Source: Syncephalis fuscata S228
Taxonomy: Eukaryota > Fungi > Zoopagomycota
Reading direction: 5' to 3'
Assembly: GCA_025786725.1 (NCBI GenBank)
Contig: JAHLTZ010000001.1
Span: forward strand, 1-64,000
DNA length: 64,000 nt
Position 1 is the stretch's first letter. Every line of letters starts with the position of its first letter. The translations under genes and the position numbers were made by a program. Of the stretch, positions 24,624 through 39,025 are shown piece by piece. Under the pieces are notes generated by a model that was given only the letters and a program-made list of their open reading frames with translations, was not told where the DNA came from and searched no databases.

Positions 24624-27600
24624 TTAAGTAATTGGTACTTTACGGTCATCACAATCAACGATATTAACAAGTTCTTGTAGTTCTTTGGCTCGTTTGGCCA
24701 TTTCTCTAAACCATCGACGACGTTCTTTGGCATCAAGTTGATCCTGTGCCCGTTGTTCTCGTTGATGTCGTTCAGTTTCCACGGCTCTTTGATAACGTTC
24801 ACGCAAATCTTGAGCAGAGAAACGAAGTGCGGCATGAGCCCGTTTAGCCACTCGGTCCGCATGTTGATCAACCACACTCGTATCTTGGATATGCTGTCTA
24901 ATCTTACGGGCTACTTTACGATGCACGGCATACTGCATATCACCAATAATAAACGTCAATGCACCAATACCTAATCAAAGTGTCAATACTGTTATACTAA
25001 TATGTGCACATATATATATATATTCTATTTTACTTACTGGCTAAGGTGGCGGTGAATAGGAACCACCGTTTAGCACCTTGTAAGCCAACGGCTGATCCAA
25101 CTTGTGCTGCATTCACTACAAGTGTTTTATATCCAAATAGATTGCTAGCAATCATGGCCACACTGCCTAGACCAGCAGTGGCAATACCAATACGTTCTCG
25201 TATTTCTACAAGGTCCCATATTTCAATACGTACACTTAATTTGTGTGCCTCATCGTGTTTAGTGAATAGTCGACTTAGATCGGCCACCCGAGGTGGTTCC
25301 GTAAGTGATTGCATACCAAGTGTACTAATGTGTTCAGAGGCTTGATTTACTTTCTCTAGTGCTGCTTGTTCACATTTCATTACTTCGTTCTCCCAGGCTT
25401 TAATCATCGAATTACGAATGGCATCGACATAGCCAATCATGCCACTAAAGCCCGGCCATACTGGATCACCACCATGGATTTCAAATGCTTCCATAACAGC
25501 ACGTAGTCGTTGACGGGTTAATTGGCGTACATAGTCACCCGCTCCTTCAGTTTCTCTATCCGCGGCTATACAGTCATCACGTTGTGACTCGACGAGCTTT
25601 TCGTATTCAGGTCGTGAAGCTTCAAGTGCTTCAGCGGCTCGTCTCAATCGTTGATCGGCATCACGTCGATTCATTCGAGCTAATAAACGTAAATCTGAAA
25701 GTACATTAAGCAAATAAATCTTTGCCGGTTCCAATTTAGTACGTGCCCGACGACCTAGAGTAAAGTTACGCAATGCTCGTTCCATATTCTTCCAATCATC
25801 CGGTGCTGCGCCACGATTATTATTATTATTGTTGTTGTTGTTGCCATTACCGCCATGATCACTATCATCATCGCTATCATCTCCATGATCATCACCATTG
25901 CCGCTATCTTTTAATGATACGCGTGTTGGACTGATCCAATGAACAAGATCATCTGCCTCATCATATGTTTTGGGTGACACTTCTTTAATCTGGTCAAGAA
26001 TACGACGGGCACATCGATCCTTGGCTCGAATACCTTCAAATCGATTAATTACAAAAAATAGATGGGCCTTTTCTTTACTGGCTTGCTCAAGGAATTCACG
26101 ACCTGATAGTGTAAGTGTATTTTCGGCATTAAGTACAAATACTACCACGTCAATCTCTTCTTGTCGAGCCAGTAGAAAGAATGTTTTAATTGAATCGGTA
26201 TTAAGCCTGGCGAATCAATAACCGATAAATTGGCTACACCATCATTATGTACCAAGGCTGAATCGTCATCTTCTTGACGAGCATATACCTTAATAATACT
26301 ATGCTCATCACCGGTCCATTCAGCTACTGTGGCATCTAAATGCCGTAAAGGAACACGCCAAAAGGTCGATTCATTTAAACGATCATATATACGACGATCT
26401 TCACAGGCATGTGCTTCTTCAATATCATCGTTTAATCGTGCATCAAGTACTTCAAGGAAAGTTGATGTTAATGGCTGTTGATCTACCGGCACAACTGTTC
26501 TACGCAATAAAGCATTTACTAGTGATGATTTACCAGCATTGACATCACCGGCTACAATAACCTTAAAACTAGTATCGCTAACACGTTCATGTAGATTAAC
26601 CAAATGGCGTAATGCTGAGGCCATTCGATCGTCAAGTAACGGTGCTAGTGAACCTGGTTCGAGCTGTGTATTAACTCTACCTGATGTAGGCATTATATTT
26701 AATTTAATATCGAGCTGTAATACGCGTAGTACTTCTTGTGGACCTATATCTTCTCTTTCGTTATTACTGTTATTATTATCGGTTGGTACAGCTAATGAAT
26801 CACCGCTACCACGTCGTTCTCTATGTACTGATGACGATAGGAATGGTTGATGTTCAGTCATAGTAGCTGGTGTTGACAGACTCATTGGATCAGCTCGCAT
26901 ATGTCCAGAAAAGTCGGAGGCTCGACGGGTAATGCTGTGCCACTACCACCACCACTGCTATTACCATCATTAATACCACGCCGATAAGGTGTTAAACGAT
27001 CACTTGAATCATAGTTGCTTCGATAATTAGGCCGTGATTGAGAAGATGGGCCAGAAGAGGATCCATAACGACCATTAGATATATCTTGCACACTAGCAGA
27101 CATACGATCGGTATCGTGTCGTTCATCTACGGCGTTGGACGGTAATGCTGATAGCGATGATGACATGTGGTCCATTTCAGGTCGCGACGATCGGCTACGT
27201 CGAGTGCCAAATCCTAGACTCTGTCCCAAACTCTGTACTAGAGATGTACCAGAGGCATGAGAAATTGAATTGGCACGTGCATTATTGCCACTTCGACTGC
27301 TAGTTGGATTAGCGTATGGAAAGGCGATAATCATCTTTTCTTGATTAGCTTGTCGCCATTCTTCAAGCATAACCTGTGTTTCTTGTATGTATTTTAATAA
27401 ACGATTACGTTTATCCATAAATAGCCGTTCTTCAACTTCGTTGCCACTTAGGCTACGCTGATTGGCAAAATTGTCGGATGCTAGACCTGCGGCGATATTT
27501 TGTCGATGGGCCATAGATGACGTACTCGGTGAATCGGGCGAGCTACTTCTGGTGCGTGAAGAGCCAAATAACAATGCACTACCATTGCTAATAAGTGAAT

Positions 27601-27886
27601 GAATGCCGCTATCTATTAATGAGCCAGTGGATGTGACATTGGCATTGGCAGCATGATTCATTTCTTCTGCCTCAACAGCTGCTACTGCTAACGCCGTTTC
27701 TCGGTCCATCATTTCCATAAGTTGCTTTTTATTCGCGCCATGCCTTTGACTTAGAAACGCGTCCTCTTCTGATTGGTTAAGTGGAAACGTTTCAAAGTCG
27801 CGCGAGTGTTCAGTGCCAACGTCATCTTGGTCAGTGGCTGGCTGTTTGCCCTTATTCTTTTTCGACGGTATATACTGTTGCGACAT
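24624..27886 (-). CDS. FZO1: Mitofusin / Fzo1 dynamin-related GTPase (frameshifts ~26205 and ~26910)
   Basis: KVIVAGDVNAGKSSLVNALLRR..PVDQQP, IDSPGL[N]TDS...ARQEEIDVVVFVLNAEN, FFVINRF, TM hairpin and C-terminal heptad repeat. Confidence 0.93.
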
Positions 27887-28739
27887 GTCTATATTATATA
27901 GTAACCAGTGCAATATAGTATGTCAATAAGTATAATCGCATATACATATAAACTATAATAACCTACTAGAACGCTGTTTCTTAGTCTAATTCCTATTGTT
28001 CTGCAATAAGTATGAATACAAAAGATTGATTGTTGTCGTGTTATCGGTAAAAGGTCTGTTTTGATGCGTACATACAACACACACACGCAAACGCACACGC
28101 AAACACATACACGTATGTACGCACACAAAAGCCAAAAGGTTTAGATCTTAAACGTAGGATTTAAGAAGGAAATAAGGAAACAAAACGAGGGACGAGTAGG
28201 AATCGTGTGATGTCCAAGACCGAAAGAAAACGAGATTCTTTGCTCTCACATTGATGTATAGAATAATTTATAAAATTATATACAATAGAGATCATTTACA
28301 CAAACACACACACAAACAAACATCAATTCACAAAGTCTAATATAAATATTAATAAAATAAAATAAAATATTTACATTATATACGCGTATGCTTATTGACA
28401 ATTTATCATGCTTTTAATACAATTAGTGGCATTGTTCTATTTAATTATTTCTATTATATTCTATAGTATAAATCGTATCTATCTAGTTCATTATATATCA
28501 TATGATATTTTACTACAACTTATTCATCTTTCTCTATTTAGGCATTATTTGTAGTAATACTATTTATCAATTGTAGGTTATGATGTCCATTCATTATTTT
28601 GTAAAATATTCAACAAATAGATTTCACTTAAACATTGAATAGACACAAGTAATTGACGATAAAGCCTAAAAATCCTTTCGTCCTATGTCGCGCACGCACA
28701 CACATCGAGGGCAACGACAACGGAGCTAAAGAGATACAT

Positions 28740-29563
28740 TTACTGGCGGGTGTGACGCTGACGAGCAACTTGGATGCGGTTAAGCTTGACCACCGAACCG
28801 GTGTTGGAGCGCTCAACCTTGGCGTCCTGTTCAGTCACGATGATTTCAACGTGGCATGGGGAGGCCATGTAAGCTGTTAAAATTAAATAATAAAGATTAG
28901 TAAGTTGCGTGTACTTGAAAATAAATATTTGTATTTTAAACGGTTCAGCACCACCACACCATTATTGATAACAATGTTATTATTCCTGTTACTTACGATT
29001 GATACGACCGTGAGCACGATAAGTACGACGGCGCTGCTTAGGAGCCTGGTTGACTTGGATGTGCTTGATGACCAATGATTCTACGTTCAGACCCTTGGAC
29101 TATAAAGTGGCCATTAGTATATAATACGACCAATACTGATCAATCACTTATACTTACTTCAGCGTTAGCCTTGGCGTTTTGGAGCAAGTCCAACAAGAAC
29201 TTGGCGCTCTTGGCTGGCCAGCGACCCTGGGTGGCTTTGAAAGCCTTAACCTGGGCGCAGCGACCAACACCACCGTTGAAACGACGGAATGGAACGGCTT
29301 GCTTGTGTTCCTGAACATCGCCAAGGTAGACGATGGCCTTCTCGAGCTTCATGCCTGAGATGGCAACAGCGGTTTCATGGGTGTTCTTGAAGTGGACGCG
29401 CAAGTATGAACCACGAGTCTTGGCCGCTGTATATATATAATATAATACAATGATAAGTAGATGCTTATTAGTATTTATGATTTCAATACTAATTGCTACT
29501 ATCAAAAAGTAGCCCCTACTTACACTTGGCCGGGTTCAGCGACGAGACAGAGTACCTCACCAT
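28740..29563 (-). CDS. RPL17: 60S ribosomal protein L17 (uL22); 5'-UTR intron 29576-30160
   Basis: MVRYS..., [62 protein letters not shown]. Confidence 0.97.
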
Positions 29564-30689
29564 GGCTGAAGTTTCCTAACGCTATTTAATAAAAATAAAA
29601 TAAACTATGGTTAGTATCAATATTGTGACTAATAGTAAAGGTTATTTTGCATGAATTGTGCGCGATTACATAGATTCACTATTAAACAACTCAATAAATT
29701 ATACACTGCTATATTTCAGTATATGCTATTAGTATTACTGCTCAAAAGTTGGTATTATAATTGACAACAATTCTAACAATGCCCAAATAACATATTTAGT
29801 CTGTATATCGATCAGATATGATATATGCACATTGTTAAAATCACCTCCATTATTTCCCATTTTCCTATATGCATATAGCTCATATTATACAATAAACAAC
29901 CAGATGAATGGATGGATGCATAGATGGATGCATAAATATACGCATATACCCATCTGTAGCATATATGTTGCTATTGGTATAGTCCAAGTTGATGGTCATA
30001 TACCGTCCATCCATCCATCCATCATCTATTCATTCATCCAATATGTTGAGCCTTTTAGCTTCCATCTATCCTCCATACTGTATATTATCTAGATATATGG
30101 CCTAATACTCTGCTCTCCATCTATCTCCTACGCGCATATTATAGTTAGTATTATCCTCACCTGATGCCGAAGTGTATCGTAGCTTCGGAGGTGTGTGGAA
30201 AGAGAGGGAGGAGGGTCAATCAGTGTGTGGTAGCCACTACGACTATTGACAGTTTTCGGCCACTCATTCACACATTCACTCACATTTACACACACACGCA
30301 TATATAATACACACATATAATACGCATACATAATAGATATCATATATAGATACTCATACTACTGTTGTGCTATCATTGAGTATCCATATTACCTTCATAT
30401 AATCTATTTAATAAACAACATTGGTTTAAACTATAATAAATAACTAAATGATGAATATACTATTAAATGGCTGGTTTGACAGTATTATAGACTGTAATCT
30501 ATCTAAACAATGGGACTGCTTGTCATTCATAGCTGGGTATTAATAATAATGTATCGTCATGTTACATGGAGACTTTCAGTTAGAATCAGTGACTTACAGC
30601 TTTATCCTAAAGGCCGTCTTTGTTCAACGCTTATTCTGTTGCTTACTTTCTCGAATCTATACCCGCCATCCAACTAGTCCATTTAAACT

Positions 30690-32248
30690 ATGGGCTCAAA
30701 TGCTAGTGCAACCGAGCTTAACAGTCAAGCAGAGGAGCATAAGCAACGGGGAAACAATCTTTATGCTATACGCGTTACAAGGAAGCCATTCTTGAATACT
30801 CGACGGCAATTGTACGTTGTCTACTGATTATAGTAGCAACGCAGCTTTACTAACCAACTAACCTACTATAATACAGATAAAAAGCCCAAATACAGTAGCT
30901 TACTATACAAATCGTGCCCTATGTTACCAAAAGGTATAGTTTAAATAATCAACTATGGAATAATGCCATTTAAACGTAATGAATTGCTTATACTTGTGTA
31001 AAACTGGCTAGTTAAACTTTTATGTATTAATGGAACAAGACTGTCGACGGGCTATTGATATTGACAAGAATGCCGGTAAGTATAGCTATGAATCGTTTGT
31101 ATAAAGTCGTTTATTAATATTAATGAATAGCTAAAGCACATTTCTTGGTAAAAAGCTTGATTATCACTAAAGCCAGTCAACTCACAAACTGATATTTAGC
31201 TTAGTAAAGCATTGCTAGGCCAGCCTGACTGTGAAGCAGAAGTAGTGAATGTTTTAAAAAAAGGTAAATTAGTAACAGTTCATTGGCCGTGGTGTCTAAT
31301 TGACTATGTAGCCTATAAACTTGCATTACAGCAGAAACTACCTTTTGTTGACGACATACTTAATGAACTGCGTCCAGCACGCCGTCGTCTATGGGAACGC
31401 AAGGAGCGACTTAGATTAGAGGAGAAATCCGATATGTTTGCCTATTTACGTCAACTTATTGCCAATGATCATAAACGGTGAGTTAATAGATGATGATCAA
31501 TTTAATAGACATTATAGCTATACATTATCAACAGTGCCTGTGAAGAATTGCCATTAATAAGCGATACCGATATGTCGGCTGAAGAACGCAATCAAATCAA
31601 TGGAGAAATGGAAAGCAGTTTAAACGATGAATTTGTAGGCAGCTGTTATAATGATTATATAAATATTAATGAATGCTGTTAGAGTCAACGATTCCAGCAA
31701 TTGGATCTATTGTTTGCACAAGCTGATGAAAATATGAAAGTAAGTAATAACCGCAATAATAATAATAAATATAATAAATATTAATGTTAGAAACGAGAAA
31801 TACCCGACTATTTTGTGATAAGGTATGTAAATGATGGATATATTGAATGGACTAACCGTAAGATTAGATCAACTTTGAGATTATGCATGATCCAGTAACA
31901 ACACCCTCTGGTATTACGTAAGTGTAATAAATATTAATATGTAAAATAGTTAATTAACTATTTATTAAATTAATACGTTAGTTACGAGCGAAAGTAAGTG
32001 AAATACATAGTTTAACAACTACCCCATTACTGATCACCAACTGTAAAGTGAACTGCTTAACCACTTGAAGCAAATAGGATCATTTGATCCGTTAAGTCGA
32101 AAGCCACTCTATGAACATAATCTTGTGCCCAATCTTGCTCTACGTGAAGCCATTGAAGAATTCTTAGCCAAGTAAGTGATCTTATAAAGCTATCTACAAG
32201 TAATCCCTTACATTATCATGCAGTAATGGCTGGGCCGCCGATCAATAA
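30690..32248 (+). CDS. CHIP/STUB1-like TPR + U-box E3 ubiquitin ligase (many tiny exons; frameshifts ~30767 and ~31810)
   Basis: AEEHKQRGNNLY, YYTNRALCYQK, U-box REIPDY[F]CDK-INFEIMHDPVTTPSGITYER...FDPLSRKPL...LVPNLALREAIEEFL..NGWAAD. Confidence 0.9.
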
Positions 32249-33314
32249 TGGACAAGGTCAAGTTCAAGGTGGCATTATCTGTGCTAAATCGCGTGCCATA
32301 TGGATGATGGTGACCATCACTATCACCACCACCCTGTATGCTTATATGTATGTGTGTATGGCATGTGACATGTGGTGTTGGTTCTAGCTAGTTTCTGCTA
32401 TATATATATATATATATTAGTATTTTAATATACATCTGTCTATCATGGTAATAGTGGTCGTGGTATCCATTATATGATAACCACCAACCATCGTGTCAAT
32501 TACTACTAAATACAAATACACTCACATCCATCCACACACAAATCTGCATGTCTTTCTCACACCCACGCACGCCTTGCTGTTCACTGTCACTTCTTACTTG
32601 CGTCTTTCATTCCAGTCAACTTTGCCAGTCTGCACTTTTACCTCGATAACCGTCTATTGATAGTCGTATTGCTCTTTTCTTTTTTCTTAACTAATAATAG
32701 TAGTCATCCTTGGTAGCAGTGGTTATTTCCGTTGACGACCAACCTTCAAAACTTAGCGTCCTTAGTCTTACCGCCTTTCTCGCTTCCTTTCCTCGCCCAC
32801 ACACACGCACGCACACACCCATACTCTCTAACAACAACACCCACTCTTAGCCTTCTTTGACCTTGTCTTATTCTTGTCCTTGAGTGTTTATATTCGTATA
32901 TTAGCACTTGCACAACTCTACTGCAATAATAATACATCTTCTTACGCATAACTACTATCTGCTAAGACCGCGACACTTTAGTGCTCTCTTCGCCTTTTGT
33001 CAAAGCATTGATTTGCCAAGCGAAGCTTTGTATCACGGCAGTTGCCATTTCTCGTGCCAGTCGCATATATCCTAGTTGCTGTTATTACCTTGTCTACCAT
33101 AACAACAAACATCACCACTGCTCTTGTCGCACTTGTTGTTGAATCTAGCTATCGATCCTATAGCTGTTTGACAGTTTTGGATTGAAATATATTGACCTTC
33201 AATTAAAACGGGACGTTTAAGGTAAATAATAATAAGCATACACTTGTAAACAAGACTGTTTAACTGGCATATACCAACTATTACTAATCGTTTAAAGCAG
33301 TTTCTACTTTCACT

Positions 33315-35266
33315 ATGTCGAAATACGTGGCCAAAGGAGCCATGCGTTCGGTGTAAGTAAGCATAACCGCGCATTACATTGATAGCTAATTGATAGCAAT
33401 AATATGCAGCAAGAACCAGCTTAAAGGCTATACAGAAATGCAAACTAAAGTACGCAGTGCTACTTCAAACGATCCATGGGGTGCACCAGGTGCATTAATG
33501 GCCGAGATTGCTCAAGCAACCCATGACCCGTAAGTTATAGATATTATTAATCTAGTAAATCAGTAATAATAACCACAATGATTACTAGACAATTATTTGT
33601 AGAAATTATGGCAATTATCGATAAGCGATTGAATGATCATGGCAAAAATTGGCGTCATGTATTTAAAGTATGGCTATTAGCAACTATTGTTGTAATATTA
33701 CTAGTATTAATCAAATTATTAATTTATTTATTATGTAGTCATTAACACTGCTGGACTACTTGCTTCACTGTGGATCAGAACAAGTAGTACGCTATGCCAA
33801 AGAGAACCTGTACATTGTTAAAACGTTGCGTGAATTTCAACACATCGACGATCAAGGGCGTGATCAAGGAGCAAATGTACGACAGAAGGCAAAGCTAATT
33901 ACGGCACTTTTGAACGACGATGAACGTCTAGTACAGGAGCGTAAACAGCGCGATCATATGCATAGCCGCATGAGTGGCTATATGCCAGATGACAACGATA
34001 TAGGACCAAGTACAGGTAGAAATCGACCAATTGAGCGTAGTCGTAGTGCACAAGGCTTACGACCCGAGGACGACGACGACGAGATCCGACGAGCTATCGA
34101 GGAGAGTAAACGCACAGCTGCTATGGAACAGCGAAGCCGTCGACGAAGCGAAGATGATTTGCAACAAGCACTGCTTATTAGCGAACGAGAAGAACGTGAA
34201 AAACAAGAAATGATCGCTGCACAAAATGAACTTATTCTAACGGATGATGTTAACGATTCTTCACGGTAATTATTAGAATACTTGATAAACGATAGAGTAG
34301 ACTAACAATTACAACATGATGTTTAATAGAAATCCCTGGCAACAACAAGGCATTAGTAGTAGTGCAATGGAATTGTTTGGCGGTTCAATAGAAGACCATT
34401 CGCTTACTGCACCGGGGCAAGGTTATCAGCCAGGTTATGAATCACACTACACGTATACAAATAATACAACCACCGTTGGACAGAACAATCCATTTGGTCC
34501 AAGTGGACACTCAGTAGTTCAACAGCAACACCATCAACAAGGGCCACCACTTTCATTGGAAGCGCAGTCACAACTATTGGCCTTGCAAGCACCAGGTTAT
34601 GGTATGGATGTTTACGGAAATAGTATGACTGGACCAGGATATGCATCCAGTGAATATGGTGGCAGTACTGCTGTTTCGAATATGGACAGCTTTGGTGGCA
34701 ATATGGCATCAAGTGTCAATACTTCACTTTCAAATAACGCAAATGCCATGGTGCCATACGGTGCAGGTCCCAGTAATGCACTCGTGACTACGAATAGCAA
34801 TATGGGCGGTGTAGGTGGCTCTAATCCATTCTTTTCCGGTAATAGCAATGCCAGCGTTATGGGCGATGACTATAGCACTTATAGTGGGAATAGTAATATG
34901 AACGGTATGGGAACGATGAGTACTATGAACGGTATGAATACCATGAGTACTATGAATGGTATGAATGGCATGAATACTATGAGCACATACAACAACGGCG
35001 GTAATATGAATACACGCGGTAACAGCTTTAACATTCAAGACTTTAACCGTACTGGCAGCAATTATGGCCAGACCAACTATGGTGGTGCTTCAACACCTAT
35101 GAGTGGCTATAACAGCGGCAATACCAACAGTGTTGGCACACTAATAGATGTTGGTCTACCAAGTGGTGGACAATCATTTACACCACAACAAAACAAGAAT
35201 CCATTCCAGCAACAAAGTGGCAGTGGATCGGCTGGTAATCAAGGATTCAATCGTTCATGGATGTAA
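33315..35266 (+). CDS. Epsin (Ent1/Ent2-like): ENTH domain, 2 UIMs, NPF motifs, clathrin box
   Basis: [41 protein letters not shown], UIMs EIRRAIEESKR and DLQQALLISER, three NPF motifs, LIDV. Confidence 0.93.
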
Positions 35267-35616
35267 ATTGTTTTACCAAGTTATTTATAACTAGGTCGAC
35301 TGTTTTGCAACAATTATCTGTTCTGCTTACAACGACTATTTCTTTCTAAATAGTTACAGCATCATTATTTCCATCACTAACATAACATCATTATCATCTT
35401 CATCATTATCAACAACAACATTTTCATCCATTTCTTATACACATGCCTCTCTTTGTTGTAAGCTGCGCAGTTGTGCTATTGTTTATCCTGTATTTGCCAC
35501 TTTATAGTAAGAAATGTGCATTTGCAGTTATTCTTTTTAAAAAAACAATGATTTATTCTTATTGCGCAATAGTTGATAAATATTTTCAAGTAAAACATGT
35601 CAATGTTGTCTATTCA

Positions 35617-36294
35617 CTAAATGGAATTAGCACTAGATGACGAATAAGCAAGTATTGGATGATAAGACTGATGGCTACTATTAGAGGAATAATTAGCACT
35701 ATGAACAGATTGAATATTTGAAATAGATACAGAACTAGCAGAACTTGTAGCTACTTGACTACTTGTTTGTGTATTACAAAGATTTGGATAACTGTATACT
35801 AATTGACTAGTTTTTTGCATTATTGTTTTAAGACGTCTTCTTAACTTTATCCACCATTCACCAAAGGGGCTTAGTCTATACTGAATTTTATAAAGTTGAT
35901 GCCAAACAGTTTGAAGTAGAACGATCAATTTATTAGGCGTTTTTATATCGTCGTGTTGCTCCAAACTTGGTTGTTGAAATAACTCAACGAGCTGCTGTCG
36001 AGTATTTTGTAATTTCTGATCAAATTCCAGTAGCCATTTGTTAATTATTTCATTAGCGGCATATCCTAATAGGGGTCTGTGTTCAACTAATTGTTTTGTC
36101 GCATCAAATCGATCAGGCAACGCTGCCAGTATTGTTTCTCGACGTATTCGATGCAATTGTTCCGATTGGGTTTGTCGTAATTCACATGCCGATAACCGAT
36201 ATAATTGCTCAGTAAATATTTGTTGCTCAATGACCGATTGACGTCGAAGCATTATTCCATTGGTTAATCGTAAAACTTGCAATATATTATGCAT
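35617..36294 (-). CDS. Hypothetical helical protein
   Basis: 225-aa uninterrupted ORF with protein-like composition; no family recognised; 5' end uncertain. Confidence 0.5.
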   Translation of the reverse strand: MHNILQVLRLTNGIMLRRQSVIEQQIFTEQLYRLSACELRQTQSEQLHRIRRETILAALPDRFDATKQLVEHRPLLGYAANEIINKWLLEFDQKLQNTRQQLVELFQQPSLEQHDDIKTPNKLIVLLQTVWHQLYKIQYRLSPFGEWWIKLRRRLKTIMQKTSQLVYSYPNLCNTQTSSQVATSSASSVSISNIQSVHSANYSSNSSHQSYHPILAYSSSSANSI

Positions 36295-36887
36295 TGTGCA
36301 CTATACTAATAAATGGTGTTAAAATAAATCAGCTACTTGATAGATCGTTGTATTCAGGTTGATGGCATGAAATCTATTGCTTATCTAGATAACCGTATTA
36401 TATCAGCTAAAAGGAGAATAACCACTACAAAATAGACAACAAATAATGCTGTAACAAAAAAGTGACATGCAAGCAGATAGTATTAAAATGCGGGGGCCCG
36501 TATCGATAAAGCTTCTATCAACAATGCAATAAAGTATCCAGCCACGCCGGACATCTTACAATGCATAAATTAATACTAAATATAACCAAATATAAGTTTC
36601 AGTAGTTGGATTAACTATAAGTAAATAGGTAAATCAACGATTATTGTCGCGTATTTAATAACAGTAAATACAAGTTAAAATTTTGTTTTTAATATCATTT
36701 TATTGTCTGTTGATAATTATTATTAACTTTGAAATAGTAATTTAATAAGAAAAAACTTTTATTTATTTTAAAAATGTTTAATAAAAAATTAAAGCAATAG
36801 TATTTTTAGTATGATCGTAATGACAAAAAGGTCTGGTTTGTGAAAAAAAAAGTAATCATAGTTAAGTAGATAATTATAAATGAGTGG

Positions 36888-38016
36888 TTATGCGAATTGT
36901 AGTGATTTTTGTCCATAATAGCAATAATATTCCCAGCAACATCGGTTTGTATTAACTTCTCGGCCGATTTCATCAATAAGCTCAATGATATTCGACTCAG
37001 AAACGTCTTCTATTGCTGCTAATAAAGGTGCGACCGCAGTGAAGGCAGAGCGATAATTATTCCATGCCATAGTGCCAATCTGACCACCCCATGCTCCAAC
37101 AGGGATTTTAAAGACATCAATATGAATGTTTTCCAAATGTGCTTTTTCCATTATAGTATCAATGCGTAAAACTAGATCTGGCTCAATACCTCGTGATAAA
37201 CAAAGTAACTGTACAATGCGATGCATTCGCTTGCTTTGAATTCCAGGATTCGTGAGAAGGCCGGTCATTTCGCTGATTTCAAGCCATCCTCCAGGGGCAA
37301 TAACGCGAGCACAGTCTTGTACATAGTCGGGCCAATCTTTTTTAGTAAATGCCGTTAATAAAAGTCGGTGGTGAACAAAGTCAAATGTATTTTCGGGATA
37401 AGGAATACCAGCCGCTAGTGATGTATATTAATTAGTACTGTGTGTGTGTGTGTGTGTGCGATCTTGCTGTATCATGCAAACTTTACTCAAACTTACCATC
37501 AACAACGTTTTTTATTTTAAAATGGCAATTGTTCGGCACTACTGCTTCTGGTTGTAGTGGAGCAATATCAAGACCAACAAATTCGCAATCACGTAGCTCG
37601 GCGGCCATTTCCTATGCAAAAATTAATCACCATTCTAATTGAGCATTAACTAGCTAGTCTACTACTTACCAGCATCCAGATGCCTGTACCTGTACCGACA
37701 TCTAATACACGTCGAGGCTGCCTAAGAGGAGCAACGTGTTTACGTCCCACGACAGCCAAAATCAGGTAATGTTGATAGTCCAGCCTAATTAACAATAAAC
37801 TTTATTAGCCACTAGCACGTTTTAAATAAAACGAACCTACCTATCCATTTCCTCGCTATCATTAGGCATGAAATAGGGCGAACTAGGCATAGAGTGGTAT
37901 CTTCGGCCACGGCTATATGAAAACCTTGTCATATCTACAGGCTCCTCTCCCGGAGAAAATCGAGAAAGCTTGGTGTCCTCAGACCCACTAATCGACTTCG
38001 ACTGTGCCGTGCCCAT
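36888..38016 (-). CDS. Class I SAM-dependent methyltransferase (LaeA/TAM-like), N-myristoylation-like start
   Basis: MGTAQSKS; GRRYH..YFMPNDSEEMDR-LDYQHY; RVLDVGTGTGIW; FDFVHHRLL; IAPGGWLEISE; KIPVGAWGG. Confidence 0.9.
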
Positions 38017-39025
38017 CGTATGGATATGTGCAAACGCTAAACAACAATACAATAATAGTGAAAATGCAAACAGGAGGCGAAGAGAAGAAAGAAACAATTA
38101 AAAGAGTTGCAAGTGCTAAGCCGTAGGCCCAAATAGCTAGATTGTTGGATATATATAAAGATTAAAGAGAACGCCCAACAAAAGGGATCAGTGTAACGGT
38201 ACCCACTCGGTGGCGTCTTTATTTAGACTAAAACTATAGCAAACGGACAATTATTGACCAATTTGACAAAAAAGCCAAAGCGCAAAGTGTAGCACAAACA
38301 AGCGCCATACAGCAATTGGTACTCGGTGATGTCTCATCCTTGAACATCCATGTTCGGCAGCGTGTATTTACGCAATAGAGCAGCTATGCCAACAGCCAAT
38401 ACCTACTATGCTAGATGTTTCTACGAAAATTATCCGGATCAATTATATCTTGTTCATGCTGCAGTTTCCTTTTCTGAGAATTGCTAGCATGTGTTTACGA
38501 TCCGATAAATAATGATGCGACCTACGTACCACCGTTGTTTTAGGCTAGCACGGCGTTTACATTCCGCTTTGACCATTGCATTCTCGTATATATCCAAGTT
38601 TAATCAAAGCTGAACAAGCATTATATGGCAGATTTATCAATGAAGACATATACCAATAGCAAGAGATGCTGATTGTGATGTAGTAAATAATATATAATAT
38701 GTTTTACACTAATAAATTGGCCCAAATATACAAATGACAAATTTTAATTTATTTGTATTATATTATACAAACGAAATATATTTAGATTTATAAATATTCA
38801 AATAATAGTAAAAACAACGTGCAAATTTACTAAAAAATATAGCTTGTTATAATAAAATACTATAAGTAAAAATAGCATAAAACAATACAATAATATACGC
38901 AATGATTTACTACATTATATACAATTAATCTTAATTGCAAAAAATAGCTAGCGATTATCTTTTAATTTTCATTTCAATAAATTTTAATGCGCAGCCTATT
39001 ATTAAGAAATAACAATAATGGCAAG

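Noticed and set aside
36492-36514. GGGCCC/ATCGAT/AAGCTT cluster resembling a vector polylinker
   Set aside because: Short, imperfect and with no flanking vector sequence.
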